Positions 40,122 through 50,734 of a stretch of DNA of 64,000 bases are shown here, piece by piece (positions within the stretch are counted from its first letter, which is position 1; every line of letters starts with the position of its first letter). The notes under the pieces were generated by a model. The model made no database searches, was not told where the DNA came from, and saw only the letters and a program-made list of their open reading frames with translations. A program made the translations under genes and the position numbers. This stretch comes from Candidatus Moanibacter sp. (GTDB lineage Bacteria > Verrucomicrobiota > Verrucomicrobiia > Opitutales > UBA2987). Location: NCBI GenBank assembly GCA_965215885.1, contig CBDCEW010000098.1, forward strand, positions 64,001 through 128,000. The letters run 5' to 3'.

Positions 40122-42437
40122 GTGAGGGCTTTATCGCAACCCTTCTTGCGCAATCCGCGCTTCACTCTTCTGCTCCTGCTTTCCATGGCTGGCGCCGGTC
40201 TATCGATAACTGGAAAGCTGGTGGTCAATACACAGTTGGCGGATTTTATCGCGAGCGATAAGCCCCTTTTGTTCAGCTACGAACGCGCTCGTGAATTCGC
40301 AGGTGATCAAGTGATTGTTTTGGTTGATGTCCGGTGTGAGGAAGTTTTCACCAACCCTTGTTTACAAGTAATCCGACGCTTGAGCAACGTTTTCCTGAGT
40401 GAATCGCATGTCATTGACGTAAAGAGTTTCACCCACTCCGTAGTTCCCGTTCGCCGGGGATACACTTTCGAATTCGAACCCTTTGTCGCATCCTCCTACT
40501 TAAGTGAATTCGAACTTCGGCAACTCAAGGAATTTTCACTCAATCATCCTCTCGTCCGCAATGTAATGGTCGCCTCCAACTCGAGGCATGCCACTATCAG
40601 CATTACCTATCACCGGGAGGTATTTGAAGGCATGGGGTTGAGCGGATTTCACGATGAGATCGACTCTATTCTCGAAACCCATCGAAGCGGAGTGGCCGAA
40701 TTAAAGGCGGCCTCCCTGCCTTTCGTTGAGGAAGAAATTCGCCACGGACTGGAGCGCGACATTATCACTATTGTTCCCGCTGCTTTCTTGACCGTTATTA
40801 TTATTACGGCCGTATTCCTTCGTTCCTGGCGCCTGATTGCTTTCATCTGGCTTAACATGATGCTCTTCGCTCTTCTCTTCCCGGGCATTATTTTTCTCGC
40901 TCGAGATTCCCTGTCTCTACTCTCGATTCATCTAATTCCCCTGGTATTCGGTTTACAGTTAACGCTGCTAACGCATGTGGGTAGTGCATTTCGGCACGCT
41001 CAGCGACAGACAAGCAATATAGACGAGACAATCCGGCATGTGCTGGATCGAATTTCCAAATCCTGCTTCTTCGCCACACTTACAACCGTCGCCGGTCTGC
41101 TCGCCTTGAGTCTGGGCGATAACGATCAAGTAAGCGACTTTGGAATTCTCGGAAGTATTGGCGTCGCATCCGGCTTTCTCCTCCTCTTCGGACCCGGATT
41201 GGCCCTTCTGAAGGTGCTATATTCCGATTCAGTTTCCATGTATTACGAAACATCCGAATCTGAAAGACCGACCGGCGTCTCCCCGGCCGAAGGAGGCTAC
41301 TGGTCCCAGCTCTCTTCAATTATCCTGAACCATCGATTGGTCATTATACTCCTCACCGTCTGTATCCTGGCTTTTGGAATCCCTGGGCTTTTCTACCTCC
41401 GATCGGAATTCCGCGCCGTGCAAATGCTTCCGAGGGAAAGTTCTGTCAGGCCTATTTATGAGATGCTGCAGGATGCCTACGGCGGTTTCAATTTCATCAA
41501 AATCGAAATCGACAGCGGTAGGCCAGATGGTGTTCTCAACGTTCCGTTTTTGAACTTCGCCTCTCAAGTTCATCGGTTCGCTGAAAAGCAGCCCGAGGTC
41601 ACCGGAGTCTATTCCTACCCGATGGTTCTCGCCCTCATGAACCAAATATGGGAAGGTGGTGGGGAGTCTGATTTCAGCCTCCCCGACAACCCTGTTGTGC
41701 TGAAGTTATTTCAGCTTGCCCTCGACGCCCAAAACCTTCCTCAAGTCTCATTGCTTCGAGGTAGTGAGAAAAAGTCTGCCTTTCTTTACCTGCGAACCCG
41801 TGAAATTCCCAACCACAGGCTCCTTGAAATCGTTCACACCATCGTCGAATTCGGAAACAAAATCAGACCCGAGACATTCTCCATTACGGCGAAGGAAGGT
41901 ATCCATACAATCCTGGAAGCGGAGCGTTCGATCACGCGTGTCCTTCGTCGCAGTGTCCTTCTGACCTTTCTCGCGATTGGCATTCTGCTGACATTCTTAT
42001 GGCGCTCTCCCCTTCTTTCCATTCTCGTCCTTCTAATCATTGGCATTCCCACGCTCCTCTTCCTGGCGATAGCCGGCTTCGCTTCCATTCCCTTAAATGC
42101 CGTGACTTCCATGTTGGGCGCTGTTGTCCTCGGTATCGCTGTGGATGACGTGGTCCACTTTGTAACCTACTGGAGACAGGCAGGTAATTCCCGGATTTCC
42201 ACGCGGGAAGCGCTTTCGGAGACTTTCGCCACCAAGGGTCCACCCATATTGTGCACAAGCATTATTCTGATCGGCATCTTCGCTTTGCTCGCCCTCTCGT
42301 CTTTTCCGCCAATTTGCCAGTTTGGAGCATTTGCCGCCCTCGCTTTGGCTTTGACGTTGCCGGCCGTATTCCTGACTCTGCCTTCGGTGCTTATTATTAA
42401 GCCGCGATTCTCGGACTCTCGAGACGAACGGAGGTGA
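40122..42437 (+). CDS. MMPL/RND-family transporter
   Basis: Two repeats of TM bundle plus periplasmic loop; GIAVDDVVHF, TTVAG. Confidence 0.88.
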   Translation: MRALSQPFLRNPRFTLLLLLSMAGAGLSITGKLVVNTQLADFIASDKPLLFSYERAREFAGDQVIVLVDVRCEEVFTNPCLQVIRRLSNVFLSESHVIDVKSFTHSVVPVRRGYTFEFEPFVASSYLSEFELRQLKEFSLNHPLVRNVMVASNSRHATISITYHREVFEGMGLSGFHDEIDSILETHRSGVAELKAASLPFVEEEIRHGLERDIITIVPAAFLTVIIITAVFLRSWRLIAFIWLNMMLFALLFPGIIFLARDSLSLLSIHLIPLVFGLQLTLLTHVGSAFRHAQRQTSNIDETIRHVLDRISKSCFFATLTTVAGLLALSLGDNDQVSDFGILGSIGVASGFLLLFGPGLALLKVLYSDSVSMYYETSESERPTGVSPAEGGYWSQLSSIILNHRLVIILLTVCILAFGIPGLFYLRSEFRAVQMLPRESSVRPIYEMLQDAYGGFNFIKIEIDSGRPDGVLNVPFLNFASQVHRFAEKQPEVTGVYSYPMVLALMNQIWEGGGESDFSLPDNPVVLKLFQLALDAQNLPQVSLLRGSEKKSAFLYLRTREIPNHRLLEIVHTIVEFGNKIRPETFSITAKEGIHTILEAERSITRVLRRSVLLTFLAIGILLTFLWRSPLLSILVLLIIGIPTLLFLAIAGFASIPLNAVTSMLGAVVLGIAVDDVVHFVTYWRQAGNSRISTREALSETFATKGPPILCTSIILIGIFALLALSSFPPICQFGAFAALALALTLPAVFLTLPSVLIIKPRFSDSRDERR

Positions 42438-42464
42438 TTGGTGAGATTTCCACGGATTTTAATG

Positions 42465-42980
42465 AAATCCCCGAAGCTTGCTTCGGCTTTAGTGGTATAT
42501 GATGATAGGGGATGGGAAGTCGTTACATCCACAAAAGTCACAATGTATGCTGATGTAATCTGGTGTGCGCAGCGAATTCGTCGAGTTGTGATGAGTGAGC
42601 GTGTGGACGAGGTTCTGAGGGCAGCCTGCACGAGATTGAAAACTGGGAGATTGTCTTCTTGGAAATAGGATTTCGAGACCATGCACACTTTCTGATCCAG
42701 TCGGTGCCGGCTTTCCGACGAGGATCGTTACGACGGTGAAGAGTGTAACTGCGCGCGAAGTGTTTGCGAAAGCACCGGAGGTGAAGAAGCAACTGTGGGG
42801 CGGAGAGTTCTGGGGAAAAGGGTACTTCGTAAACACGGTGGGGCAACACAGCAGCGAGAGCGTGATCGCGGCCTATATCGCGAATCAAGGTGAGGAGGCA
42901 AATTACCAGCGATTGCATAAAGGGCAGTTGGAGTTGGGATTATTTTGAAAATGCCTCGGGGCTTGCCCCGAGGATCTTTA
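42465..42980 (+). mobile_element. tnpA: Degenerate IS200/IS605-family element (frameshifted TnpA)
   Basis: DHAHFL HUH motif, QLWGGEFW.KGYFVNTVG, AAYIANQG in several frames; terminal hairpins 42471-42486 and 42954-42973. Confidence 0.85.
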
Positions 42981-43085
42981 CTTGAAATTTTCTGCGTTTC
43001 CGATAAATAATCCTCAAGTATATTGTATCGAACATCGACTTTTAACACATACTCTAAACCAAGATAAATAGAGGATCGTAACAAG

Positions 43086-43607
43086 ATGAGGAAAAACGAA
43101 GTACTGTTACTTGAACATTCAACGGGAACTATCGAGTGCATAACCGCAGTGCTGGGGCCGCTCGGTCTGAAAGTCAATGGTAACACCGATGCCAATGAAG
43201 CGCTTCGAAAAGCGGCCCTGGGCAAGTACGATCTCGTTATCGCCGATCACAATCCCCCAAACTTGAACGCGTGTGATTTTGTTCAGAAATTTCGCGAAAA
43301 GAATCCCAAGACACCCTTGATCGTGATAGCCAATGATCTCAATCCGGAGTTTGTTTCCGACATCTCAGAGTATGGCGTTGCGTCTTTCTTCCCAAAACCA
43401 TTACGGCTGGAAAAGTTTACCAAAAGGGTAAATCTCCTTCTTTCGAAGCATCAAGAGAATCTTCCCAGATTCGGTTGCCTGAGTAACACAGTGACCTATT
43501 TTCGAAAGGCGAAACTGCAGCTTAAGGCCACCTCTGCAGGTTTCAGTTGGACAGCCTGTCCCTGGCCCACCAAATCAGGCGTACCACAGGAAACGCCATC
43601 TGCCTGA
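43086..43607 (+). CDS. Response-regulator receiver domain protein (atypical)
   Basis: YDLVIAD, FPKP; acidic pocket is EH rather than DD. Confidence 0.75.
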   Translation: MRKNEVLLLEHSTGTIECITAVLGPLGLKVNGNTDANEALRKAALGKYDLVIADHNPPNLNACDFVQKFREKNPKTPLIVIANDLNPEFVSDISEYGVASFFPKPLRLEKFTKRVNLLLSKHQENLPRFGCLSNTVTYFRKAKLQLKATSAGFSWTACPWPTKSGVPQETPSA

Positions 43608-43735
43608 TTACCGTCCTCGAAACGACTGAGAATTTCACCCGCAACCCCGAGCTCTGCCGTACGGCATTGAAGTTTCAAACCAGCCTAGTGGAGGGGGCCG
43701 GAAAAGGCTGAGAAAAGCGCAAGCCGATGGGCTAT

Positions 43736-43937
43736 GGGGAAGCGCACCGTGGAGAAAAAATCGCAAAGAGTGAGCTTGTCCCGCCGATGCAGTAGCCATC
43801 CCACTGTTCCTGGCGGTGATCGATTGATGAAGGAGCAAAGCTCAACGCAAAGTCCACGCAATCAGCGCAGCGATGATCACTGGCGAGCACAGTGGTATGG
43901 GGCGCAGCCCACCGTGGGGAAAATCTGAAGAGAAAGT
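43736..43937. repeat. Family D repeat, copy 2
   Basis: Colinear similarity to 9741-9937. Confidence 0.75.
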
Positions 43938-44059
43938 CCTTACCCGTACCGTTCCCCGAAGAATTACAGCATCTATCAGTCCTTCTGTCCCATGGTCCTA
44001 CGGTCCCCCTCTCCCAGCCCACTGAACTCTGAACCCTCACGTCCCGGCCAAAGACTGCC

Positions 44060-44887
44060 CTAGGGAAGCCAGGGAAATTTTCTGAATTCGGGCTTTCGCT
44101 TTTGCAGGTAGGCCTGGTGACCTTCACTTCCCTCTTCAGAGAGATAGTAGAGCAGTGTTGCATTGCCGGCTACTTCCTGTAAACCGGCCTGTCCGTCGCA
44201 GTCCGCGTTCATTGAAGCTTTTATGGCGCGAATCGCCAGCGGGCTCTTGCTGAGAATTTCGTGGGCCCACTTTATGCCCTCCTCTTCCAACTGATTTACG
44301 GGAACTACTGCATTCACGAGGCCCATCTGTAGTGCCTCTTCCGCATTATACTGGCGACAAAGGTACCAGATTTCGCGAGCCTTTTTCTGCCCCACTATTC
44401 GGGCCAAATAGCTCGAACCGTACCCACCGTCAAAACTTCCCACTCTGGGCCCGCTCTGACCGAAAACAGCGTTGTCTGCGGCGATCGTCAGATCGCAGAT
44501 CACATGAAGGACATGTCCTCCTCCGATAGCGTAGCCGGCCACAAGTGCGATCACCACTTTCGGTATCGATCGAATGAGCCGTTGTAGATCAAGTACGTTG
44601 AGACGAGGCAGGCCGCCTTTGTCAATATATCCGGCTTTTCCTCGAATATCCTGATCACCACCTGAACAAAAAGCATATTTCCCATCTTTATACGGTCCGA
44701 CTCCCGTCAGGAAAACGACGCCGATCTCGATGTCTTCCCTGGCGTCCGTAAATGCCTCGATCATCTCCGATACCGTCTCCGGCCGAAATGCGTTGCGCTT
44801 TTCCGGCCGATTTATCGTGACCTTGGCAATTCCATCGGCCTTTTCGTAGATTATGTCTTCAAAATCTTTCACCTTTTGCCAGTTCAT
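44060..44887 (-). CDS. menB: 1,4-dihydroxy-2-naphthoyl-CoA synthase
   Basis: [32 protein letters not shown]. Confidence 0.97.
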   Translation of the reverse strand: MNWQKVKDFEDIIYEKADGIAKVTINRPEKRNAFRPETVSEMIEAFTDAREDIEIGVVFLTGVGPYKDGKYAFCSGGDQDIRGKAGYIDKGGLPRLNVLDLQRLIRSIPKVVIALVAGYAIGGGHVLHVICDLTIAADNAVFGQSGPRVGSFDGGYGSSYLARIVGQKKAREIWYLCRQYNAEEALQMGLVNAVVPVNQLEEEGIKWAHEILSKSPLAIRAIKASMNADCDGQAGLQEVAGNATLLYYLSEEGSEGHQAYLQKRKPEFRKFPWLP

Positions 44888-44902
44888 CGATATTCTCCTG
44901 AT

Positions 44903-46663
44903 TTACAGTTTCGCTGATATTTCGTGGAAAATCCTCTCGCGCCACCTGTGATCCTTTTTTCTATCCGCCACGATCTCAAGGAGCCTGATTCCCTCCTTGG
45001 GTAGCTTTCGCAAGAGTGCCGGTAATTCCTCATCGAGATCTCCGATTCTCAGATAGTCGACCCCGTGAGCCTTTGCGAGTATTCTGAAACTGACTTCCTG
45101 CGGAGTAGCAAAATACTCTTCAAATGGTGGATCCAACTTTGCTATCGGCAGCGACTCAAATAGCCCTCCTCCTCCATTGTTTATGAGCACGATGGTGAGA
45201 TGGCCTCTAAACTTGGGGAGTGTGAGTAATCCGTTGATATCGTGCAGGAAGGCCAGGTCTCCCGTTAAAAGAACTGCCCCCCCGCTCCCATGGGCAACGC
45301 CCAATGCTGTCGAAAGTGTTCCGTCGATTCCATTCCCTCCCCGATTAAAATAGGTCTCTACCGCACGGTTTCTCGATTGCCAGAAATACTCCATATCGCG
45401 AACCGGCATGCTGTTTGCCACAAAGAGGGAAGTACCGGCAGGAAGCATTCGTGAAAGGAGCCACGGTATTTTACCCTCGAAACGAAATTTGCAAGTCCCC
45501 ATACGTCTGCTTATTGCACGCCGTGCCCGTCTTTCCACCGCCAACCAGTCGCTGCAGAAAATCGACGATCTCTTCAAGCGGCCTCCGAATTCCTTCGCTA
45601 ACCTTTGCAACGGTATTCTAATCGTTTCTGCCCTTCTGTGTAAGCAGTCCACGTTGTCCGATCCAGTATCAAGCACCCATGTCTTGGCTTCTCGCTCATC
45701 CAGCCATCCCCGCAGAATCTTGCTCGTGGGCAGAGGACCGACGCTAAGTACAGCAGCGGGCGCGAGACGTCTGGCCGATTCCGTGTTCCTTAGTATTGTG
45801 TCGTAGTGGCAAATCAGTTGCGGGTTTAGAGAAGCCCTGCTTCGTAACGGGCCCAGAGCATCTGCCAATACCGGCCATCCAAGAGCCTGCGACGCCTGTG
45901 CCACCGCCTTGGCAAATTCGTTCCCACACTCCGGTTGCACCGGTCCCACTACAATGAGCCCTCGCTTCGTCTTCGCCATCTCCTTCAAGAGCGGTCCTAC
46001 CTCCTTTCGCTCGGCCGTGGGAGTAATTGGAATTACGGGCTTCAAGTTTGATAGATATCGTTCTGAATCAAACTCGCTCTCTTCTTCAATTTCTCTTCTT
46101 CCGGCGCTTGGAGCGAGCGGATCGCGAAACGGAACATTAAAGTGAACTGGACCTTTTGTTGGATACACGGTTCGCTCCCATCCATGTAGCAGGGTCTGCC
46201 GGAGATAGTTCAGACGCCTCGGATCCCGGTCGGGCATCGCAAGTTCCGCCTGGAAATTCGGGTAGGTCCCATATAGCTTTGACTGGTCTATCGTCTGTCC
46301 GGAGTGACAATGGCGCATCTCGGGAGGGCGGTCCGCCGTAAAGATAAGCATAGGCACACCACCTTCTCGTGCCTCGATTACAGCAGGATAAAAGTTTGCT
46401 GCTGCCGTCCCCGAAGTGCAGACCAACGCCGTTGCACAATGAGTCCTTTTGGCCACTCCCAAGGCAAAGAATGCCGCTGACCGCTCATCCAAAATCGGGA
46501 TCGATTCAATTTCCTTATGGCGCGAGAATGCGTAGGTAAGCGGCGTGGAGCGCGAGCCCGGTGCAATCACCGCAAAACGTAATCCCAACCGAACGAGTAC
46601 CTCGACCGTGAGGGCGCCCCAAAGCGAATTTGTGTTCGATAATGCCAGATCGTCAAGAGTCAT
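44903..46663 (-). CDS. menD: SEPHCHC synthase
   Basis: PGSRSTPL, DERSAAF, CTSGTA, NSMPVRD, GIDGTLST, GDLAFLHD. Confidence 0.96.
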   Translation of the reverse strand: MTLDDLALSNTNSLWGALTVEVLVRLGLRFAVIAPGSRSTPLTYAFSRHKEIESIPILDERSAAFFALGVAKRTHCATALVCTSGTAAANFYPAVIEAREGGVPMLIFTADRPPEMRHCHSGQTIDQSKLYGTYPNFQAELAMPDRDPRRLNYLRQTLLHGWERTVYPTKGPVHFNVPFRDPLAPSAGRREIEEESEFDSERYLSNLKPVIPITPTAERKEVGPLLKEMAKTKRGLIVVGPVQPECGNEFAKAVAQASQALGWPVLADALGPLRSRASLNPQLICHYDTILRNTESARRLAPAAVLSVGPLPTSKILRGWLDEREAKTWVLDTGSDNVDCLHRRAETIRIPLQRLAKEFGGRLKRSSIFCSDWLAVERRARRAISRRMGTCKFRFEGKIPWLLSRMLPAGTSLFVANSMPVRDMEYFWQSRNRAVETYFNRGGNGIDGTLSTALGVAHGSGGAVLLTGDLAFLHDINGLLTLPKFRGHLTIVLINNGGGGLFESLPIAKLDPPFEEYFATPQEVSFRILAKAHGVDYLRIGDLDEELPALLRKLPKEGIRLLEIVADRKKDHRWRERIFHEISAKL

Positions 46664-46721
46664 CGAATTCCAGAGTCTCTCAATACAGATTACTGAAATC
46701 GCACAGATGGCAACACCCGCT

Positions 46722-48191
46722 TTATCGCAGAGAGATCAGGAGCGCCTGCATTTTCAAATCAGCCTCCTTCTTCTCCTCTCGAGGATCGGATCCCTCGACT
46801 ATCCCGTTGCCCGCATAAACCCGTGCCCGCTTCCCATCAATAAGTGCAGAGCGAATCGCCACAATCATCTCTCCATGGCCGCGATAATCAAACCATCCCA
46901 CGGTGCCGGCATAGAGTCCCCGTTCGAAATTTTCTATCGCTCGAATATCAGGAATCGCAGCCTCCCGGGGTGCACCACCCACAGCCGGCGTCGGGTGGAG
47001 AATAGCTGCGATATTGAGAAAATGCATCTCGGGCGGAAGAGTTGCAGTAATGGGAGAACGCAAGTGCTGAACGTTCGAGAGCTGAAAAAGCTGCGGGCGC
47101 TCTGACACTTCGGGCGAAATGCAACTCGCCTTCAAACGTCGGACGATGGAATCTACCACGACCCTGTGTTCTCGATCGTTCTTTTCACTCTCCAGGAGCC
47201 AGCGAGCCATGCGGGCATCCTCTCCAGCAGTCTCGCCCCGTGGCGCCGAACCGGCCAACGCATCGGTTTTCAGGAATCCTCCATCGCTGCGCAGGAGGCG
47301 TTCGGGTGACGCCCCGATAAAGCTCTGTCCCTCGCCGTTAGCTATAGAAAAACAATGGCAACCTGGAAATGCCTTTCGCAGTCCGTTGAGAGACTCCAGA
47401 GGCTTAAAGAGTTCCTTCATCTCAAGCTCCACCGATCGGGCAAGCACAATTTTGTCATACTTGCCCTCTGATATCCTGGAAAGGGCGGTCTCGACGGCGC
47501 TTTCAAAGCATCCCTCTCCTCCCACCTCTTCAAACCTAAAGCGGATTGCCGGACTTGCAGGTGGAATCGCTTCAATTGTCTCATATTGGAATGAGGAGAA
47601 TTTCTCATGGGCTACCCACACCCTCTCGGCGAGTGCACCGAGATCGGAATCAGGTTGCACCAGAATATTGGCAACTGCACCGTAAGCGCCTTCCTTCCGG
47701 GTAACTTGCCAGCGTGGCAGGAAAACTGTGGCCGGTTCGAAAAAGCTTATATTCTCTTTATCCTCGAAAAACGTGAAGCCGCAGAAGAAGTGAGGACCGC
47801 TGAAAGCGTTCTCCAACTCTCCGATGGCAATGGTGTGGTCTAAGACATCTCCGGCGAAACGCCGAACTTTTCCAAATCGATCACTACCGGAATAGGTGCC
47901 GCATAGAATCGCTTCCGCTCCTGCGATAGCTTCTTCGCCAACAGGATGTTCCATGTAAAAGTGCCATTCATCCGTCTCGTATATCGACTGCAGAACCGCC
48001 AGTGGGTCGATGTGCTTTACTCCCAGAGAAATACTCGCAACTTTGTAATGGTCGCTCTCTCTCGCTGATTTTCGACAATACTCCAGATACTCCAATAGTG
48101 CCTCGAAGTCACGTTCAGAAAGGCGGTCTGCCGAGATGATCTTCACTCGCCTACGATCTGCATTATAACCGTGAAAAATCGAAGCAGTCAA
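46722..48191 (-). CDS. menF: Isochorismate synthase
   Basis: KIVLAR, ASPERL, LAGS, LHPTPAVGG, AIRSA, AGNGIV; upstream of menD. Confidence 0.92.
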   Translation of the reverse strand: MTASIFHGYNADRRRVKIISADRLSERDFEALLEYLEYCRKSARESDHYKVASISLGVKHIDPLAVLQSIYETDEWHFYMEHPVGEEAIAGAEAILCGTYSGSDRFGKVRRFAGDVLDHTIAIGELENAFSGPHFFCGFTFFEDKENISFFEPATVFLPRWQVTRKEGAYGAVANILVQPDSDLGALAERVWVAHEKFSSFQYETIEAIPPASPAIRFRFEEVGGEGCFESAVETALSRISEGKYDKIVLARSVELEMKELFKPLESLNGLRKAFPGCHCFSIANGEGQSFIGASPERLLRSDGGFLKTDALAGSAPRGETAGEDARMARWLLESEKNDREHRVVVDSIVRRLKASCISPEVSERPQLFQLSNVQHLRSPITATLPPEMHFLNIAAILHPTPAVGGAPREAAIPDIRAIENFERGLYAGTVGWFDYRGHGEMIVAIRSALIDGKRARVYAGNGIVEGSDPREEKKEADLKMQALLISLR

Positions 48192-48203
48192 CCGGGTATG
48201 CTG

Positions 48204-48323
48204 CTAACTTAAGGGATCGTTACGGTGATCACCGATGTTGCCGATTCGGCCGCAAGCGGCCTTCCTACAAAGAGTTACGTTCGTCGTAGGAAGCTCGCTT
48301 GCGAGCGATTCTTGCCTTAAGTT
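48204..48323. mobile_element. MITE family E copy 2
   Basis: Near-identical to 32371-32492. Confidence 0.85.
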
Positions 48324-48356
48324 TGTGCCATTCCAGTCAACAGACGTTGTCGGCCT

Positions 48357-49886
48357 TTATTCGTGCCGGGGGAATAGTATCGTTTTTTCACCGAGTTCGT
48401 TTCCTTCGAGAGTATTGGACCAATCCAATCCCGCGCGCCAGGTAGTAATGATTCCACACCCGAGAAGCTTGCATATCTTATCAGCAATCCGCGGCATGAC
48501 AGGCGCGAGGAGAGCGGCGGAAAGTCGCAGCCCCTCGGACATAGTTGCGATCGACGTATTAAGAACCACCCGGTCTTCAGATCGATCGGATTTGGCCAAT
48601 TTCCATGGCGATCGAATTTCAGCATACCGATTGATTGCCCGGATGAATTCGAATGTCTTCTCCAGCGCAGTGTGAAACTGAAATCCTTCAAAATGATCCA
48701 AAACGCTCTTATGTGTCGCGGACCAGAGTTCAATCAGCTCAATCTCTGGTTTCTCTTTCAATTCCGCGGCTGGTACCCGCCCGCTGCAATACCGGTGTGC
48801 CATATTCAGTAATCGGCTCACAAGGTTACCGAGATCGTTAGCCAGATCACTCGTGTAACGGGTAAGATAGAGAGTGAGTGAAAATTCACTGTCCTGGCCT
48901 ACATTCATTTCCCGGGTGACAAAATACCGGAATACATCAGGACCGAATTGATCGATGAGATCGAGGGGATTTACAATTTCTCCGGTGCTCTTCGACATCT
49001 TTCGACCCGATGTGGTCCAAAAACCGTGGACGATAAAGGCTTGCGGCGGTTCGATACCCGCCGCCCTCAACATGATCGGCCAATAGACGCTATGCGGTGG
49101 GACAAGGATATCTTTTCCGATAACGTGATAGTTTATCGGCCAGTATTTCGTGAACGACTCTGATTCCGGATCGATGGCGGAAATATAGTTTGTCAATGCG
49201 TCAAACCAGACGTAGGCCACATAGTCTTCATCAAACGGTAGCGGAACTCCCCACTCCAATCTTTTCCTGGGCCTCGATATGCAAAGATCGTTTATCGGTT
49301 CCTTGAGAAATTCAAGGACCTGCTTTGCTCGAAATCTGGGAAAGATAAATTCGTCATGCGTTTGGATGTGCTCAACCAGCCAATCCTGGTAATTGCTTAA
49401 GCGAAAAAAGTAATTCGTTTCAGTGATTTCTACTACTTCCCCGTATACCTCCGGCCACCTGCCGGCGACTCTCTCCTTCTCTAAGACAAACTGTTCAGCC
49501 CTCACACTGTAAAACCCATTGTATTCCCCTTTATAAATGTCCCCTTTATCATGGATTTTCTGTAGGAGATTTCTCACAACAGTCTTGTGTCGCTCTTCCG
49601 TCGTGCGGATGTAATCGTCGTTGGATATCAAAAGTTGCTTGAGTAGACTCTTAAAGAGCGGAGCGATGCCATCAACAAACTCCATCGCATCCACGCCCTC
49701 CTTTTGCGCACTCTGTTGCACTTTCTGGCCATGTTCGTCCAGCCCCGTTAGAAAGTGCACATCGTCTCCCTGAAGTCTTCTGAAGCGTGCCACTACGTCT
49801 GTGAGCACCTTTTCATAGGCATGCCCCAGGTGAGGGGGACCATTGGCATAGTCGATTGCCGTAGAGATGTAGAATTTCTTCACCAT
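48357..49886 (-). CDS. metG: Methionine--tRNA ligase (short form)
   Basis: HLGH, YVWFDAL, KMSKS. Confidence 0.96.
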   Translation of the reverse strand: MVKKFYISTAIDYANGPPHLGHAYEKVLTDVVARFRRLQGDDVHFLTGLDEHGQKVQQSAQKEGVDAMEFVDGIAPLFKSLLKQLLISNDDYIRTTEERHKTVVRNLLQKIHDKGDIYKGEYNGFYSVRAEQFVLEKERVAGRWPEVYGEVVEITETNYFFRLSNYQDWLVEHIQTHDEFIFPRFRAKQVLEFLKEPINDLCISRPRKRLEWGVPLPFDEDYVAYVWFDALTNYISAIDPESESFTKYWPINYHVIGKDILVPPHSVYWPIMLRAAGIEPPQAFIVHGFWTTSGRKMSKSTGEIVNPLDLIDQFGPDVFRYFVTREMNVGQDSEFSLTLYLTRYTSDLANDLGNLVSRLLNMAHRYCSGRVPAAELKEKPEIELIELWSATHKSVLDHFEGFQFHTALEKTFEFIRAINRYAEIRSPWKLAKSDRSEDRVVLNTSIATMSEGLRLSAALLAPVMPRIADKICKLLGCGIITTWRAGLDWSNTLEGNELGEKTILFPRHE

Positions 49887-50003
49887 CTATTCAACTCCGG
49901 TTTCACCAATGCGGTGAATTTCTCCTATTGCTGGTCCAGGCAAGCTGTGTTCGGTATGAAAACAAGCCAATCTTCCGAAAGAAGAAAAAAGTCCTGCGTG
50001 CTG

Positions 50004-50627
50004 CTAAACTCCTGCCCCAAACGCATTCTGTACAAATCTCAGCCAGTGCGTCAGTTCACCAACGGCAATGGCACGGTGGCTCATGCGATTTTTCTTCTTC
50101 GGTCCAAGCACGGCGAATGTATCTTGGAAACCTTCAGGAATAAATAGAGGATCATACCCAAAACCGGTGTCTCCCGACATTTCTTCTGCAATCAGACCTT
50201 CACAGGCTCCTCGAAATATGTGCTCACTTCCACTCGGCTCGATGAGAACCAGGTAGCAGACGAAACGCGCCGAGCGCTTATTTCCAACGACCCCTCCCAA
50301 TTCTTTAAGCACTTTAAGATTATTTTCTTCAAAACTAGCATGCTCTCCCGCATAGCGTGCGGATCGGACTCCGGGATTGCCGCCTAATATGTCAATTTCC
50401 ATACCGCTGTCGTCCGCTAATATCCACGATCTGACAGGAAGCAGGCTTCTCAATGCCATCGCTTTGAGGAGGGCATTGTCCATGAAAGTGTCCTCGGTCT
50501 CATCAACCTCCGGCATTCCTCCTTCGATATCTGGAGGGAGGACGGTGAGAGCAAGTCCCTTGTCCCTGAACATTTCTGATACTTCAGTTACTTTGTATTC
50601 GTTTCGCGTTGCCAGGAATATTCTCAT
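50004..50627 (-). CDS. rdgB: Non-canonical purine NTP pyrophosphatase (HAM1)
   Basis: ATRN, ADDSG, PGVRSAR, GFGYDPLF, KNRMSHR. Confidence 0.94.
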   Translation of the reverse strand: MRIFLATRNEYKVTEVSEMFRDKGLALTVLPPDIEGGMPEVDETEDTFMDNALLKAMALRSLLPVRSWILADDSGMEIDILGGNPGVRSARYAGEHASFEENNLKVLKELGGVVGNKRSARFVCYLVLIEPSGSEHIFRGACEGLIAEEMSGDTGFGYDPLFIPEGFQDTFAVLGPKKKNRMSHRAIAVGELTHWLRFVQNAFGAGV

Positions 50628-50734
50628 AGTAAGAGAGACGGATGACCCCATTCTTTGTTCGAAGACGACATATAGAATGATTGGGGTATAGGCCAGATAT
50701 TTCTCTCAAGAAATAGCTTCTATCGCAACTGGTT

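Noticed and set aside
44060..48191. menH/menC/menE/menA absent from the men cluster
   Set aside because: They may lie elsewhere in the genome; absence cannot be concluded from one window.
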